A program made the position numbers and the translations under genes. Below, piece after piece: positions 1 through 10,045 of a DNA stretch of 64,000 nucleotides. The notes under the pieces are model-generated. The model was given only the letters and a program-made list of their open reading frames with translations. It was not told the DNA's origin and did no database searches. Position 1 is the first letter of the stretch. Every line of letters begins with the position of its first letter. The stretch is from a virus: IMG/VR virus record IMGVR_UViG_3300007722_000007, positions 10,451 through 74,450 of that record; one strand, 5' to 3'.

Positions 1-1565
1 AATGGACCAAGCCCGGCAAATCTTGTTCCGCTTTTACCAGCACCCCCATCGGGAGCGAACTGGCCGCCAAATGCCTGAAATGTTCCAACAGCGCTAGCGA
101 CGCGCCCAAGCCCACGCAATAGCGCCGATAGCGCGTTAACGATCGCCGTAAGAACAGGCAATGCCTCTGTAAACGCCACCTTTAAGCCGGCGAAAAAATC
201 ACCGAGCGACGCAATTAGATTCTGCAACGCTACTCCCCATGTAAGAAAAGTATCTTTATTATCTTCAGCGAGGTACGCTAGCTTTTCAGCATTTCGGCCA
301 AATACTTTAAAGAACTCTATAATTGCCGGTCCGAATGTTTTCGTAATGATGGTTGACCCGGCTTTAAATTTTTGCAAAGATTCAACAAATTCGGAAAACG
401 ATTTTCTTAAGTCGGTCCATGTTTTTGCAAGGTAACCCGAAGCGCCCTCAACCAATGGCAGGTATTTCCGAGTTAGTGTAACGACAAAGTTTCCAAGTTT
501 TTCTCCGAGTGTTGTCATACCGGGAAGTAACTTCATTTTTGCGAACTCTTGCGTCACCCCTTGAATTCTTCTAAATGTATTTCGCAGCACTTTAAAATAA
601 CTTTCCAGAAGATCCTTAACTGGCTCAAGAAGACCTTCGCCGAAATCCGCAAACTGAATGGCCAATGATGCCGTATAAGCTTTGAATTGCCCAACTAGAG
701 TTTGGGACATAAGCGCATTTTGACCTCCAAGGCCAGCCTTCGTGGAGATACTCCCGCTGGCAAGATTTTGCATTATCCCGGCTGCGGACTTATCCTTTTG
801 AGACCCAATTGCCTTTACGAATTCTGGACTAATTTGCTGAGCGGCGGCGGCTGATTTCGCTCCGTATTTTTTTTCTTTAGCCAAAATACCGATGAATGCG
901 GCGATTTGTTGGGCGCTCTTACTCGGGTCGGCTGTTGTGGCGCTAAAATCAAGAGCCCCTGCGAGCGCTCTTCTTTGGGCCGACGTCACCGCCCCCTGTA
1001 TCGCCATGACCTTGTATGCCTGGGTTAAGCCGACTATACCAAGAGTGGCCAAACCTGTATCTTTCGCAAAGCTTCGCATTGCTGAAGCCGACCGAGCCAT
1101 CCCGTCGCCGATAGCGGCGCTCCCCTTATAATTAAACGCCGTCATAGCGGCGGTATATTCAACAAACGCCGCCAAACCGACAGATATCGCGGCGGTCAAA
1201 GATACTACGGCAGCAGCGACGCCACCGAGAGCTATCCCGTATGCCTTGGAAAGTGCCTGTCCGGTTTTAAGCAGTAAGTTAACCGACGCCAGTGTCGCTG
1301 CTGTTATTACAAACTCGGCGACAAATGCAATTGCCGTCCAGAACAGCATGCGCATTGACTTATTAAGTTTATTCATTAATCTTGAGCTAATAGAAACTTC
1401 CCTGTTAAGTCCTTGGTGCCCCTTCATGGCGCCGGACAGATTATTTCCGTAACTACTTAGCCCTCTATTCTGTTTTGACATTGCCGCGTTGAGGCCATTA
1501 ACGGACGCCAAAACAGCGGAAAGACCCTTGGTGCTGAACTTTACGTCTACATCTACATCTGGCAT
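1..1565 (-). CDS. Tape measure protein, N-terminal part (runs off the window start)
   Basis: Not in the ORF track. My translation from ATG at 1565 gives MPDVDVDVKFSTKGLSAVLASVNGLNAAMSKQ..., with no stop seen before the window edge. Ala/Gly/Leu-rich and helical, with hydrophobic segments; lies directly after the tail chaperone genes. Confidence 0.85.
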   Translation of the reverse strand, partial: MPDVDVDVKFSTKGLSAVLASVNGLNAAMSKQNRGLSSYGNNLSGAMKGHQGLNREVSISSRLMNKLNKSMRMLFWTAIAFVAEFVITAATLASVNLLLKTGQALSKAYGIALGGVAAAVVSLTAAISVGLAAFVEYTAAMTAFNYKGSAAIGDGMARSASAMRSFAKDTGLATLGIVGLTQAYKVMAIQGAVTSAQRRALAGALDFSATTADPSKSAQQIAAFIGILAKEKKYGAKSAAAAQQISPEFVKAIGSQKDKSAAGIMQNLASGSISTKAGLGGQNALMSQTLVGQFKAYTASLAIQFADFGEGLLEPVKDLLESYFKVLRNTFRRIQGVTQEFAKMKLLPGMTTLGEKLGNFVVTLTRKYLPLVEGASGYLAKTWTDLRKSFSEFVESLQKFKAGSTIITKTFGPAIIEFFKVFGRNAEKLAYLAEDNKDTFLTWGVALQNLIASLGDFFAGLKVAFTEALPVLTAIVNALSALLRGLGRVASAVGTFQAFGGQFAPDGGAGKSGTRFAGLGP

Positions 1566-1598
1566 GTGAACCTCTCGCCCCGCTGAATGGCCTTGTTA

Positions 1599-1790
1599 TT
1601 AGCGGTTATCCGCCTCCTGCTTGTGGCGATCAGCCTCTATTACTTTAGCACAGGCGTAACGAATTATCCACTCATCGGTGGTTGAATCAAGGATCCGAAT
1701 TGGGTCGGTACCCCACAATTCTCCGAGCCTGGCCGCCGCAATAACCCGCGGATCTTCGGTCAGCTCTTCAATTGCTACTTCGTAGGGTTT
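1599..1790 (-). CDS. Frameshift extension of the tail assembly chaperone (gpGT-like)
   Basis: The -1 frame from the slippery heptamer A AAC CCT (1790-1784) reads PYEVAIEELTEDPRVIAAARLGELWGTDPIRILDSTTDEWIIRYACAKVIEADRHKQEADNR* with TAA at 1601-1599. It has no ATG of its own. Confidence 0.75.
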   Translation of the reverse strand, partial: KPYEVAIEELTEDPRVIAAARLGELWGTDPIRILDSTTDEWIIRYACAKVIEADRHKQEADNR

Positions 1791-2278
1791 TCTGAACTCT
1801 CGGCCGTGATCGTGTCACCAAAACCGCACGCTTCAATAATCGCCAGCGCCGCGGCCTCAACGTGAGCATCCAGGCCAAAGAATTTTTGAACACAATCGGG
1901 AATTGCCTTGACGGTTCCCGTCATTTCAAGAACGGACGCAGAGGCAAAAGTCAGTGGCCATCCGTCGTCCTGTGCTTCGTTCCCGTTAAAGAAAATTCCC
2001 TTTGTCGTCTGTCCGACTACGGTGCATGCGAACCGCGTTGAATCCATGCCCTTTGGGCTGTCTCCGCCATTTTGTTTTTGCCATGCGCGCAGCTGTTGCT
2101 GCGTGACATTCGGGGACACGAGGAGCTTTACTCCCGAACGCTCCGGAACGTCAATGAAAACATCATGTCGTTCAACTTTTCGCGCAATCACTTGTTTCAA
2201 TTGCTTGAGGATTGAATCCTCTGTCTCGACGGGGGCGGATGTTACTGATGGGGTTTCGTTGTTTTGGGCCATTGGCAT
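1775..2278 (-). CDS. Tail assembly chaperone (gpG-like)
   Basis: 167 aa, between the tube and tape measure genes; ends at a slippery site (ENPTK*). Confidence 0.75.
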   Translation of the reverse strand: MPMAQNNETPSVTSAPVETEDSILKQLKQVIARKVERHDVFIDVPERSGVKLLVSPNVTQQQLRAWQKQNGGDSPKGMDSTRFACTVVGQTTKGIFFNGNEAQDDGWPLTFASASVLEMTGTVKAIPDCVQKFFGLDAHVEAAALAIIEACGFGDTITAESSENPTK

Positions 2279-2351
2279 AACCTAGCATACACATAGCAGG
2301 GACGGCGTAACTCGTCAGCCTACTACAAACCGGCTTTCATGCCGGTTTTAG

Positions 2352-2807
2352 CTAAATACCGAACGCTACTGGTGCGGCCCTGCCATTGATGGCAAATGTC
2401 AACGCAAACGTTGCCGGGGCGCCCGAGGAAGAATCGCCATCTGGCTCGGTTAGGCCGACTAGCAATGCCCCCGAGTAGGAACGATCTGGAACCCCCGACG
2501 CGATATCGCAATTCAGTCTAAAAATCGTGATGTCGTAAAAAGCCCTGCCGACAAGAGTCCGCAAGTTTCCGAGATGTGTCACATCCAAATCCTTGTCATA
2601 GTGACGAGTCATTGTGATATCGCCAGTTTCAGCCGGCGCACACAATAATTCCGGGAATTGTTGACCACCGACATAAAGCTTTTCAACGGCCGCGGTTATT
2701 TCACCGCCAGATACCTGGGCAAAATAGCCAGTTAAATCAGGATGGACACCTTCTAGTACTGGCTTGATTTTTGCCAGTAGTTGTCTTTGCGCGAATTTCA
2801 GTCCCAT
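2352..2807 (-). CDS. Tail tube protein
   Basis: 151 aa directly after the sheath gene; tube-like beta pattern (FAQVSGGEITA...GDITMTR...FALTF). Confidence 0.75.
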   Translation of the reverse strand: MGLKFAQRQLLAKIKPVLEGVHPDLTGYFAQVSGGEITAAVEKLYVGGQQFPELLCAPAETGDITMTRHYDKDLDVTHLGNLRTLVGRAFYDITIFRLNCDIASGVPDRSYSGALLVGLTEPDGDSSSGAPATFALTFAINGRAAPVAFGI

Positions 2808-2823
2808 TGCCTATGTCCTCCGT

Positions 2824-4290
2824 TTAACCGAGTGTTGAAACTAGGTTTGATTTGGTTATTTCAACTTCTATCGTATCTCCGATGGAAGAAACGCGACAGC
2901 TAACCTTTGCCTTAACCACGCCAGTGGCTAACTGTGACAGCGGATTAATTGCATCAGAAACATTGACCTTATAACCGGGATCAATAAATTTGCCATTTAA
3001 ATCGTACGCTGAGAAAAGACCACCAGATGTTGATAGCGGATCGAGTAGGGAGACCAGGACGGCCTGCACTTCGCCGAATAAAGATTGTCTTCCGTCAATG
3101 ACCGAAAAAACCAGCGACTCAAGTTTCAGTTCCGCCTGCGTAACAATGTAATTCAGTGTCTCTCTGGCGTTTATGTATCGGTAATTTGCGTTATCTGAGG
3201 ATGCCGAACGCGCTCCGTATATCCTGACACCACCGGCTATCAATCTAATTGGATTGACGTTTCCGGCGTCAAGAAGATTACCGGCAGCCGAACCAATTGC
3301 ATACTCCACTCCGCTAACAAATTGAGCCTGTGTCTTTATCCCGGCGTATGCGGCCCAAGAGCCGACCTGGTTATGTTGCTTAGCTCTCTTGCCTGCCACA
3401 TAGCCCTCACACGGAACACTAATACTAATCTCGCCGCGTGGTATTTTTACCCATGGATAAAACCAGGCTGCCCCGTCCGCACCAGCTGTTTCCTGATACT
3501 CATCCGCTTTGGCTATAGCGCCGCTTGATGTTTCGTCTTGTCCAAAGCCGAGCAACGCAACTCTATTCATGGACTTTGCGTGTGCAATCAATGCGTCATA
3601 GACGGTGTCGTCATACATACCCGGTGCACAAACGGCGCCCGGCCCTGTTACTGACCCAAAAACCGCGATTGCTTCAACCACGTCGCCTGCGTCCATTGTT
3701 ACAGCTCCATCGTCACCACCGGCGAATACTTGATCCGTTACGGTTGCTGGCAGTAGGGCGGATGCGCCGGGTACGGCAGAAACATAGATTCGTGCCTGCG
3801 CTGAGCTATTTATTTCGGATACGGCCTGGGCAACAGTCGTGAATGCCGGGCTACTGTAAACAATTACTGTATTACTTTTTACTTTAACTTTAAATGACGT
3901 TGTGGAATTTACAACAGATGCGGTCAGCTGGGTGTTTGCCCATGTGCCCTCGCCGGACGCCAGCAACTTAAGTGCCTCTAAGGCGACGCTATCCACCAAC
4001 GAAGACGAAGCGGAAACGGCATCATCCGGGATTGCCCTTGAGATGAAGCAACGTGTTCCGCCCTCTTGGAAAAATGTTTCAACCGTTTCGTATGTGTACG
4101 CCGTTGAGATGGAGTTCCCATAAAGCAGGATGTAGTCGGCAAGGCTTGAAACCAGCAACGCTCCGCCCTGTGGGCCCTTTTCTGTTTGTCCAGCGACGAA
4201 TAGGGCCGATGTTGGATTTGCAGTTGTGCCAGATGGGCCAGTTGCAGTTGCTGTTGTGAGTACGATACCGGGCATTTTAATTTCCTCCAT
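2824..4290 (-). CDS. Contractile tail sheath protein
   Basis: Sheath-type motifs MPGI..., FVAGQTEKGP, FFQEGG, FYPWV, VNPIR, IYGARS, YRYIN. The true start is probably the MPG ATG at 4275. Confidence 0.9.
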   Translation of the reverse strand: MEEIKMPGIVLTTATATGPSGTTANPTSALFVAGQTEKGPQGGALLVSSLADYILLYGNSISTAYTYETVETFFQEGGTRCFISRAIPDDAVSASSSLVDSVALEALKLLASGEGTWANTQLTASVVNSTTSFKVKVKSNTVIVYSSPAFTTVAQAVSEINSSAQARIYVSAVPGASALLPATVTDQVFAGGDDGAVTMDAGDVVEAIAVFGSVTGPGAVCAPGMYDDTVYDALIAHAKSMNRVALLGFGQDETSSGAIAKADEYQETAGADGAAWFYPWVKIPRGEISISVPCEGYVAGKRAKQHNQVGSWAAYAGIKTQAQFVSGVEYAIGSAAGNLLDAGNVNPIRLIAGGVRIYGARSASSDNANYRYINARETLNYIVTQAELKLESLVFSVIDGRQSLFGEVQAVLVSLLDPLSTSGGLFSAYDLNGKFIDPGYKVNVSDAINPLSQLATGVVKAKVSCRVSSIGDTIEVEITKSNLVSTLG

Positions 4291-4402
4291 TTTCCTCGTA
4301 GTTAAGCGAGGAGTTCAGCCAAAACGATAATACCATTATGCAATGGGTTTATTTAGCAACCAATTTTTTTTTTGTTGATTGTGTCCTATTGGCTAAACAA
4401 GT

Positions 4403-4729
4403 TTACACCACCGGACAGCAGCCCGGTGACGAATGCCCTATACCGCTGCCGACAAACGGCACATAGGCGTTCAGTTTCCTTTTAAGCACCGGCCTTATGT
4501 CGGAAAGGTAATCTCCTTCGGAAAATGGGATAATAATCGCCAGACCGCTAGAAACCGCCGCCATTCCGACCCTGTCCGACGGCTCAATGAGACATACAGC
4601 CCCAGGGGCCAGATGTCTACCAATCTCGGAAATCTCCAAAATACGAGAAGAGACATTCTGCACCTGTATCAAATTACTGAATTCAGCCGGCAATTGCAAG
4701 ACAACCCCAGTCAGGGTATAGAAAAGCAT
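4403..4729 (-). CDS. Hypothetical protein
   Basis: 108-aa ORF co-oriented with its neighbours, starting 9 nt after the upstream stop. Confidence 0.5.
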   Translation of the reverse strand: MLFYTLTGVVLQLPAEFSNLIQVQNVSSRILEISEIGRHLAPGAVCLIEPSDRVGMAAVSSGLAIIIPFSEGDYLSDIRPVLKRKLNAYVPFVGSGIGHSSPGCCPVV

Positions 4730-4738
4730 ATGGCCAGA

Positions 4739-5383
4739 TTAGGGAAATGTGACAACGGCCGCCAGGACGTCAGAATCCGCCAGTAACGATTCCTCTAGAT
4801 TTTTTTGGTTTATAAAGAACCTGATTTCCTCAAGTTCGGCGATTGGCTCACGCATTACTGGTTCTTCTATTCTTAAATCATACGAAATATACGCCCCGGC
4901 CAAAAATCGGTCACCCTTGAGTAGGGTCAGTTCTGAATACTCCTCACTTACCGAGGACTCGTCGATAACGGCATCCCGCATCGGATTGGCCCGCTGCAGG
5001 CATGGGTGATCGAGAAGGGCCGATCTGACGACAACGGTGAGACGATCTCTCATAATCGTGGTCGCCTCTGGTCCGTCAGCCCGAGCCCAGACATATGTCC
5101 TCATTCCATAATTCACAAAATATTCGGGATCCCCGGTGGCGCTATGACCGGACCTAGTTAATTTTTTTGTAGATATAGCAACGGTTACTATTGTCGGCCA
5201 CCTATCAAGGACAAGGGGTTCGTAGCCGATAATTTCTTCAAAGTCTGGAAGTTCGGAAGAACTAACCCCCCACGCATTTCTATATCTATTCAGTCGGAGA
5301 GGGATGTCGATCCGTAAAAAATCATTGACAAACTGTTTCGCGAACTGCGGGCCATACATTGCCTCAGTAATTACAACGGGCAT
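4739..5383 (-). CDS. Neck / tail terminator-like protein
   Basis: 214 aa, positioned between the morphogenesis gene and the sheath; translationally coupled to the upstream gene. Confidence 0.5.
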   Translation of the reverse strand: MPVVITEAMYGPQFAKQFVNDFLRIDIPLRLNRYRNAWGVSSSELPDFEEIIGYEPLVLDRWPTIVTVAISTKKLTRSGHSATGDPEYFVNYGMRTYVWARADGPEATTIMRDRLTVVVRSALLDHPCLQRANPMRDAVIDESSVSEEYSELTLLKGDRFLAGAYISYDLRIEEPVMREPIAELEEIRFFINQKNLEESLLADSDVLAAVVTFP

Positions 5384-5994
5384 CAGCCGACCCCAAATTC
5401 ATCTTTTTCAAATCCGACAATCCATTTGCCGATAAGACCCGCAGCAAACTCCCCAAAGCCAGCTGGCTCAAAAACTATTTGGCGAGCGGGCATATGCCTT
5501 GTGCCGTACTGGTGAAATTTTGCATACTTAACAGGCGCCCCCCTAAAAACAATTGACGTTGAGGATCGCGGAATATCTACCAGCCCGACGGTAAGACTGC
5601 TCAATAATTTTCCCGTTATAACCATGGGAACGGGGAATCCGTGGGCCAATTTCCACGCTCCATAAGCAGGGCTTAATGGTCGCCATCCCCCAACCGGAAG
5701 TCCGTTCGTTGCAAAGTTTGCGGCATTTGATGTTCTGATATAAGCGCTGAAAGAAGGAAACAGAGGAGTTATTGTTTCGGCCTTTGCGAGCATTTTGCCC
5801 ATAGCCGTATATATGGCTGCGAAATCTGGATCAAAGTCAACATCGTAGGCCTGTCCGGGCGATTTGCCGAATCCAGACATTCTGATTGATTGTTCTGTTC
5901 CTTTAATTTCCACCATCACCTTTGTCCAACTTGCCTTATTTAAATTGGAACTAAGAGAGACAGTCATATCGTCACCCCTTGTGAATCTATACAT
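5383..5994 (-). CDS. Virion morphogenesis / tail completion protein (P2 gpS / Mu gpG-like)
   Basis: Motifs WRPLSPAY, TGKLLSSL and YAKFHQYGTRHMPAR typical of this family. Confidence 0.75.
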   Translation of the reverse strand: MYRFTRGDDMTVSLSSNLNKASWTKVMVEIKGTEQSIRMSGFGKSPGQAYDVDFDPDFAAIYTAMGKMLAKAETITPLFPSFSAYIRTSNAANFATNGLPVGGWRPLSPAYGAWKLAHGFPVPMVITGKLLSSLTVGLVDIPRSSTSIVFRGAPVKYAKFHQYGTRHMPARQIVFEPAGFGEFAAGLIGKWIVGFEKDEFGVG

Positions 5995-5995
5995 G

Positions 5996-6850
5996 CTACG
6001 AAATCCTTCGTCTGCGGTATTTGCGCATCGCTATTAATTCTTTTTCTAAAAACCCAGTTTCCAGGGGGGCGACATTTCGCGTAGTTAAATCTTTCATTCC
6101 AACAGTATCGTCGTGCATGTTTTGAATTTCCCGCGTGGCAGCCCTAAGTACCATAATTTTAAAAACCTTTATCCCATCTCCATCTAGTCCGCCGGAATAA
6201 TTAACCGTGACAATCTCATTTGGATAGCCGGCAAAAATTTCAACGCCGTAACGATGCACGGTGTAGTCGCTACCGGTGGCAATCGCCGCTCCGCCCGATA
6301 TGTATGCGTCGATAGACGCGGTATAAGCGACGGTGAATGTTGTTGCCGACACTGATGTTATCTGTAGATTTTGGATATTGTATTGCGTTGGAAGGGCACT
6401 AGTAATCCGCACATACTGACCTATGGTAAATGAATTGTCCGCTGTAAAAACAATTGAGTCATCAACCTTGGACGCTTCCGTGACCGTCGCTACCTTGCGA
6501 ATCGATTCTGCGAGAAAGAGATTCTCCCGCACGGAACCGGCAACCGAAACGCTTAAAACGCTGATTACTGGTGAGTTGCGCAAAGAGATCATGTGACTTG
6601 GGGTGATGAAATTTGGCAAATTCCCCGATGTATCCAGGCTGATGTTGTACATAAATGTTGTTCCCGGAATGCCGGCGGAATGACTCGGGATAACATGCTC
6701 TTCGGTGACGGTAGTTGGTTGTACGGGCCGATTTAAAAATGATTCCAATTCACTCTGTAATCCAGCCAGGACCATCTCGGCGGCGTCTTCTTGACGTGCC
6801 GTCAGGGATATATCCATAAACGTTTTTAGCTCAGCGAGTGAGACGAGCAT
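5996..6850 (-). CDS. Head-tail connector/adaptor with an inserted beta-rich domain
   Basis: N-terminal LVSLAELKTFM...ESFLNR, SPVISVLSV and VTVNYSGG adaptor-like motifs; Thr/Ser-rich insert. Confidence 0.7.
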   Translation of the reverse strand: MLVSLAELKTFMDISLTARQEDAAEMVLAGLQSELESFLNRPVQPTTVTEEHVIPSHSAGIPGTTFMYNISLDTSGNLPNFITPSHMISLRNSPVISVLSVSVAGSVRENLFLAESIRKVATVTEASKVDDSIVFTADNSFTIGQYVRITSALPTQYNIQNLQITSVSATTFTVAYTASIDAYISGGAAIATGSDYTVHRYGVEIFAGYPNEIVTVNYSGGLDGDGIKVFKIMVLRAATREIQNMHDDTVGMKDLTTRNVAPLETGFLEKELIAMRKYRRRRIS

Positions 6851-6858
6851 AATTGTGC

Positions 6859-7131
6859 CTAACCTCTGCCGAGTAGTCTTCTTCTTGCCTCCGCCGCCAA
6901 GGTTCGGCCTTCGCCAGGCGCAGTTCTTTCTCTTCTGCCCTGACCGAATTGCAACCGATCAGCGAGCCGCCTAACCGCATAGGCCGTGGCCCTTCTCCAC
7001 CAAGAAGGGCGCCTTTGTGATGCCGGTCTTGGGATAACCGCAAGACCCGTTCCGGTCAGTCGTCTTTCGGGGATGAGATCTACAGCTTCGGCAACAAGCT
7101 CCTCATCTTCTACGTCAGAAGGAAAATTCAT
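6859..7131 (-). CDS. Hypothetical protein with Arg-rich C-terminus
   Basis: 90 aa with a GGAGG Shine-Dalgarno upstream; co-oriented with neighbours. Confidence 0.6.
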   Translation of the reverse strand: MNFPSDVEDEELVAEAVDLIPERRLTGTGLAVIPRPASQRRPSWWRRATAYAVRRLADRLQFGQGRRERTAPGEGRTLAAEARRRLLGRG

Positions 7132-7194
7132 TAAGACCTCCGGGTCAATGGCTACTTGGTATTTTACACCAATAGCACGTTTAAACCCAGCAGG

Positions 7195-7752
7195 TTAGCG
7201 ATCCTTGTTGGGTGGCCGTTCAAGAACCGGTTGACCCGCCGGCGACTCAGCTTCTATTGGCACCCACGCACGAGAATAAACGTGCTCTTTGATTTTTCGC
7301 TCTTTTATGACCGATCCATCGACCAGCACGCCCATTTCCGAATTTGTGATTGTTAATAGGTCTTTAAGCTCATCTTCGGTATATTTCCGTGAAAACATTA
7401 TAGTCCTAATTGCATTGGACATTAGTTTTGTCACAATCTGCCCCCTCCCGCGGTTCAAACGCAGATGCATGACGATTGAGTCTATTTCATCTATGTCAAA
7501 AAATATGACCGGGACCATCCCGTCATCGCGCTCCAGAATTTGCTTATTCGTCTGCGCGCACACCCATCGGTGGAATCCGTCGATAATGTAACCAGTCGAT
7601 AGTTGGACAATCAATGGGGATACCCACCCAATATCGCCCAGGGAACCGGACAGTACCTTTAGATCTGGCTTTAATGTGTGGGTTGAGCGCCACGGCGCGG
7701 GCCTTATTGATTTGTAATTTACGAGTTTACTGGAATCGATGAGATTTATCAT
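7195..7752 (-). CDS. ParB/Srx-like nuclease-domain protein, IbrB-like
   Basis: IGWVSPLIV...IIDGFHR...NRGRG motifs; adjacent to an IbrA-like gene. Confidence 0.75.
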   Translation of the reverse strand: MINLIDSSKLVNYKSIRPAPWRSTHTLKPDLKVLSGSLGDIGWVSPLIVQLSTGYIIDGFHRWVCAQTNKQILERDDGMVPVIFFDIDEIDSIVMHLRLNRGRGQIVTKLMSNAIRTIMFSRKYTEDELKDLLTITNSEMGVLVDGSVIKERKIKEHVYSRAWVPIEAESPAGQPVLERPPNKDR

Positions 7753-7764
7753 TATCCGATCATC

Positions 7765-8928
7765 CTATCGGCGCTCATCAATAATGTCAACGGAGTCCAT
7801 ATCGGCAAGGTCGGATGCTTCCTGTATCTGGATCGTGTAAGCCCTGGTCCCCGGTCCAATTGGGTGGGGGGATGTGCCAATAAATTCGTGAAGAAGTAGA
7901 TTGCGAATTAACCAATGAACCGGATACGATCTCGGCTCCTTAACATTTTTTTTGCGGAAATCTCCCGCGTAAGCAAGGGCCCGCTGTTTGAGCCCTGGAG
8001 TCAATACATTTTCGTCGATACAATCCCTGACGCCGTCCCACCCCGACTGCGCATATCCCATTATGACCGCCTCAATGTCATAGTCCGCCCACAGCCTCCT
8101 CTGGGCATCTATGTGGGGATACACCGCAACCAGGTCATCATAAAATGATGGCTCCGTTGCGATCACATCCCCTATTCGCCTAATTGCGACGGCATGTAAC
8201 GGTATCCCGACGCGGGTATTACTTCCTGTAGCGGCAGCCAAATCGTAGTACTCGCAATATGGGGCATTATGTTCTTCGGTGATATATTTAAAAACATCAT
8301 CAGTCGTCCAATCATAGATCGGCTTAGCAAACCGCAACGGGATATTGCGTTTTGACCTATACGGGATTACGATGTAGTTCTCGTGGAGTTTCTGCACAAG
8401 GGAGCGATACCTAATCATCGACTCGTTCGCGCGCACGCCTAACACGAATGCGACCTTGCCTCGTTTCCCTTGCATCGTATAATAATCAATTGTTTCCTTG
8501 ATCGGCTTATCCGGATCTAGGCCAAAATCTTCGGCCCTTATTGCCCAACTCGGCATTACCCTAGTTAGTCGCCCCTCTTTTGCCCTGGCCGCCGACCACA
8601 ATAGACAATATTGTCGCCGGCCAAGAACCCATACATCCGTTCCCTGGGGAAGGCAATACCACTCCATATCAACCCAATCGTAATTCCTAACCTCTTCAAC
8701 AAATTTCACTATTGTCGGACTTAACATTTCTTCATCTCGGAAAATAACTTTTACTGGCCCAAGGTTTCGTTCTTCGTGAATTTCTTTTGCTAAGTACAAA
8801 ATCGCCGTACTGTCCTTGCCCCCGGAGAACTGAATACATACGGTGTCAAACGTGTCATAAATATGACGCATTCGTTGGCGCGCGGCTTCAAGGCAGGACA
8901 TAGCAAGAAACATACGCTGGCGCGGCAT
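7765..8928 (-). CDS. PAPS-reductase-like PP-loop protein, IbrA-like
   Basis: FSGGKDS PP-loop, FRDEE, GVRANESMIR and PIYDWTTDDVF motifs. Confidence 0.8.
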   Translation of the reverse strand: MPRQRMFLAMSCLEAARQRMRHIYDTFDTVCIQFSGGKDSTAILYLAKEIHEERNLGPVKVIFRDEEMLSPTIVKFVEEVRNYDWVDMEWYCLPQGTDVWVLGRRQYCLLWSAARAKEGRLTRVMPSWAIRAEDFGLDPDKPIKETIDYYTMQGKRGKVAFVLGVRANESMIRYRSLVQKLHENYIVIPYRSKRNIPLRFAKPIYDWTTDDVFKYITEEHNAPYCEYYDLAAATGSNTRVGIPLHAVAIRRIGDVIATEPSFYDDLVAVYPHIDAQRRLWADYDIEAVIMGYAQSGWDGVRDCIDENVLTPGLKQRALAYAGDFRKKNVKEPRSYPVHWLIRNLLLHEFIGTSPHPIGPGTRAYTIQIQEASDLADMDSVDIIDERR

Positions 8929-9713
8929 TAGAAATCCGCGTGCGTTTTTATAAACTCAATGAGCTTTGATGCGGTTGTATCTCCGACATAGGCGACATCA
9001 CCGCGAAGGTACCGTATAAAGTCATACCAATTGCGCTGTTGAGACGAATCGTCAAAAACTAGCGTATATTGAACTACTGCTTTTTCTCCGCCGCGGACAC
9101 CGACAGCAGGGCTTCCAAGCGAGACGGCATCAGATTCATCCACGTCCGGAGATGCGACGTATACATTTTCATTATTTTGACCAATTTCAATATGGGGCGT
9201 TGCATCATCAATGGGTTTAAACGGATTAATTTCCGGAGGCGCCACATACCCGGAACGATTATCATTTTTTGAACTTCGGATTTCGTCAACAGAAAGTGAC
9301 GCAATTTCAAACTCGTCCCAGCCAAGGTTGTCAAATAAACTTTTGTTCGTATCTGCTAGTTCGTTTATTATGCTAATCAATAATGACTGATCCGTTTCGC
9401 CCAGTGCGCTTGTTCTATTATCAGCCAAAGCGAAAGCAACAGCCTTGCTGTCGTCAATATCAACCACCACGGCCGCAATCTGGTCCCAGCCGAGCTTTAT
9501 TGCGGCCTGTAACTGGTGGTTGCCGGCGATAACCGTAAATGTGTCATTCGCATTTTTCGTGACAACGATTGGCTTCAGCTGTCCAAACTCCTCGTACGAC
9601 GCCGCAATCGCAGTGACATTTCCATGCCGTGGATTTTTTTCTAATGGTATTAGTTTGTTAATGTCAATGGCCATTTCCGCCAGCGACGGGTGTATGCCGT
9701 TCACGGTCGTCAT
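8928..9713 (-). CDS. ParB N-terminal domain protein
   Basis: NPRHG...FGQLKPIVV...VIAGNH...ALADNRT motifs. Confidence 0.8.
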   Translation of the reverse strand: MTTVNGIHPSLAEMAIDINKLIPLEKNPRHGNVTAIAASYEEFGQLKPIVVTKNANDTFTVIAGNHQLQAAIKLGWDQIAAVVVDIDDSKAVAFALADNRTSALGETDQSLLISIINELADTNKSLFDNLGWDEFEIASLSVDEIRSSKNDNRSGYVAPPEINPFKPIDDATPHIEIGQNNENVYVASPDVDESDAVSLGSPAVGVRGGEKAVVQYTLVFDDSSQQRNWYDFIRYLRGDVAYVGDTTASKLIEFIKTHADF

Positions 9714-10045
9714 ACCTGATGCCTCACGTTCGCATTGAGAGTCCGAAGGGCGTCTATGCCGGTACGTAGAGATAACAGCTTTTCGCGTTTGGCCCGAACA
9801 AGACCCTCCGATATTTTGTAATCGTAGTTCTCGTCACCCATCTGATAGTCGGCCCATGCCTCTCGCTCTCGGATTGAACCCTTTGCGCTGAGGTATGATT
9901 TGGCCCAATTGGACTTGTATGTTGCTTCTTTTTTTGCCGAATCGACCGCAAGCGTTTCAAACGCTTCCGTTTCGTCTTCAAGCGACTGGAGCAGTCTAAG
10001 AATTTCTTCCTCAACATCGACCTGACTAATCGGGCTATTCCTCAC
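9710..10045 (-). CDS. Hypothetical coiled-coil protein
   Basis: 111 aa, helical; overlaps both neighbouring genes. Confidence 0.65.
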   Translation of the reverse strand: MRNSPISQVDVEEEILRLLQSLEDETEAFETLAVDSAKKEATYKSNWAKSYLSAKGSIREREAWADYQMGDENYDYKISEGLVRAKREKLLSLRTGIDALRTLNANVRHQV

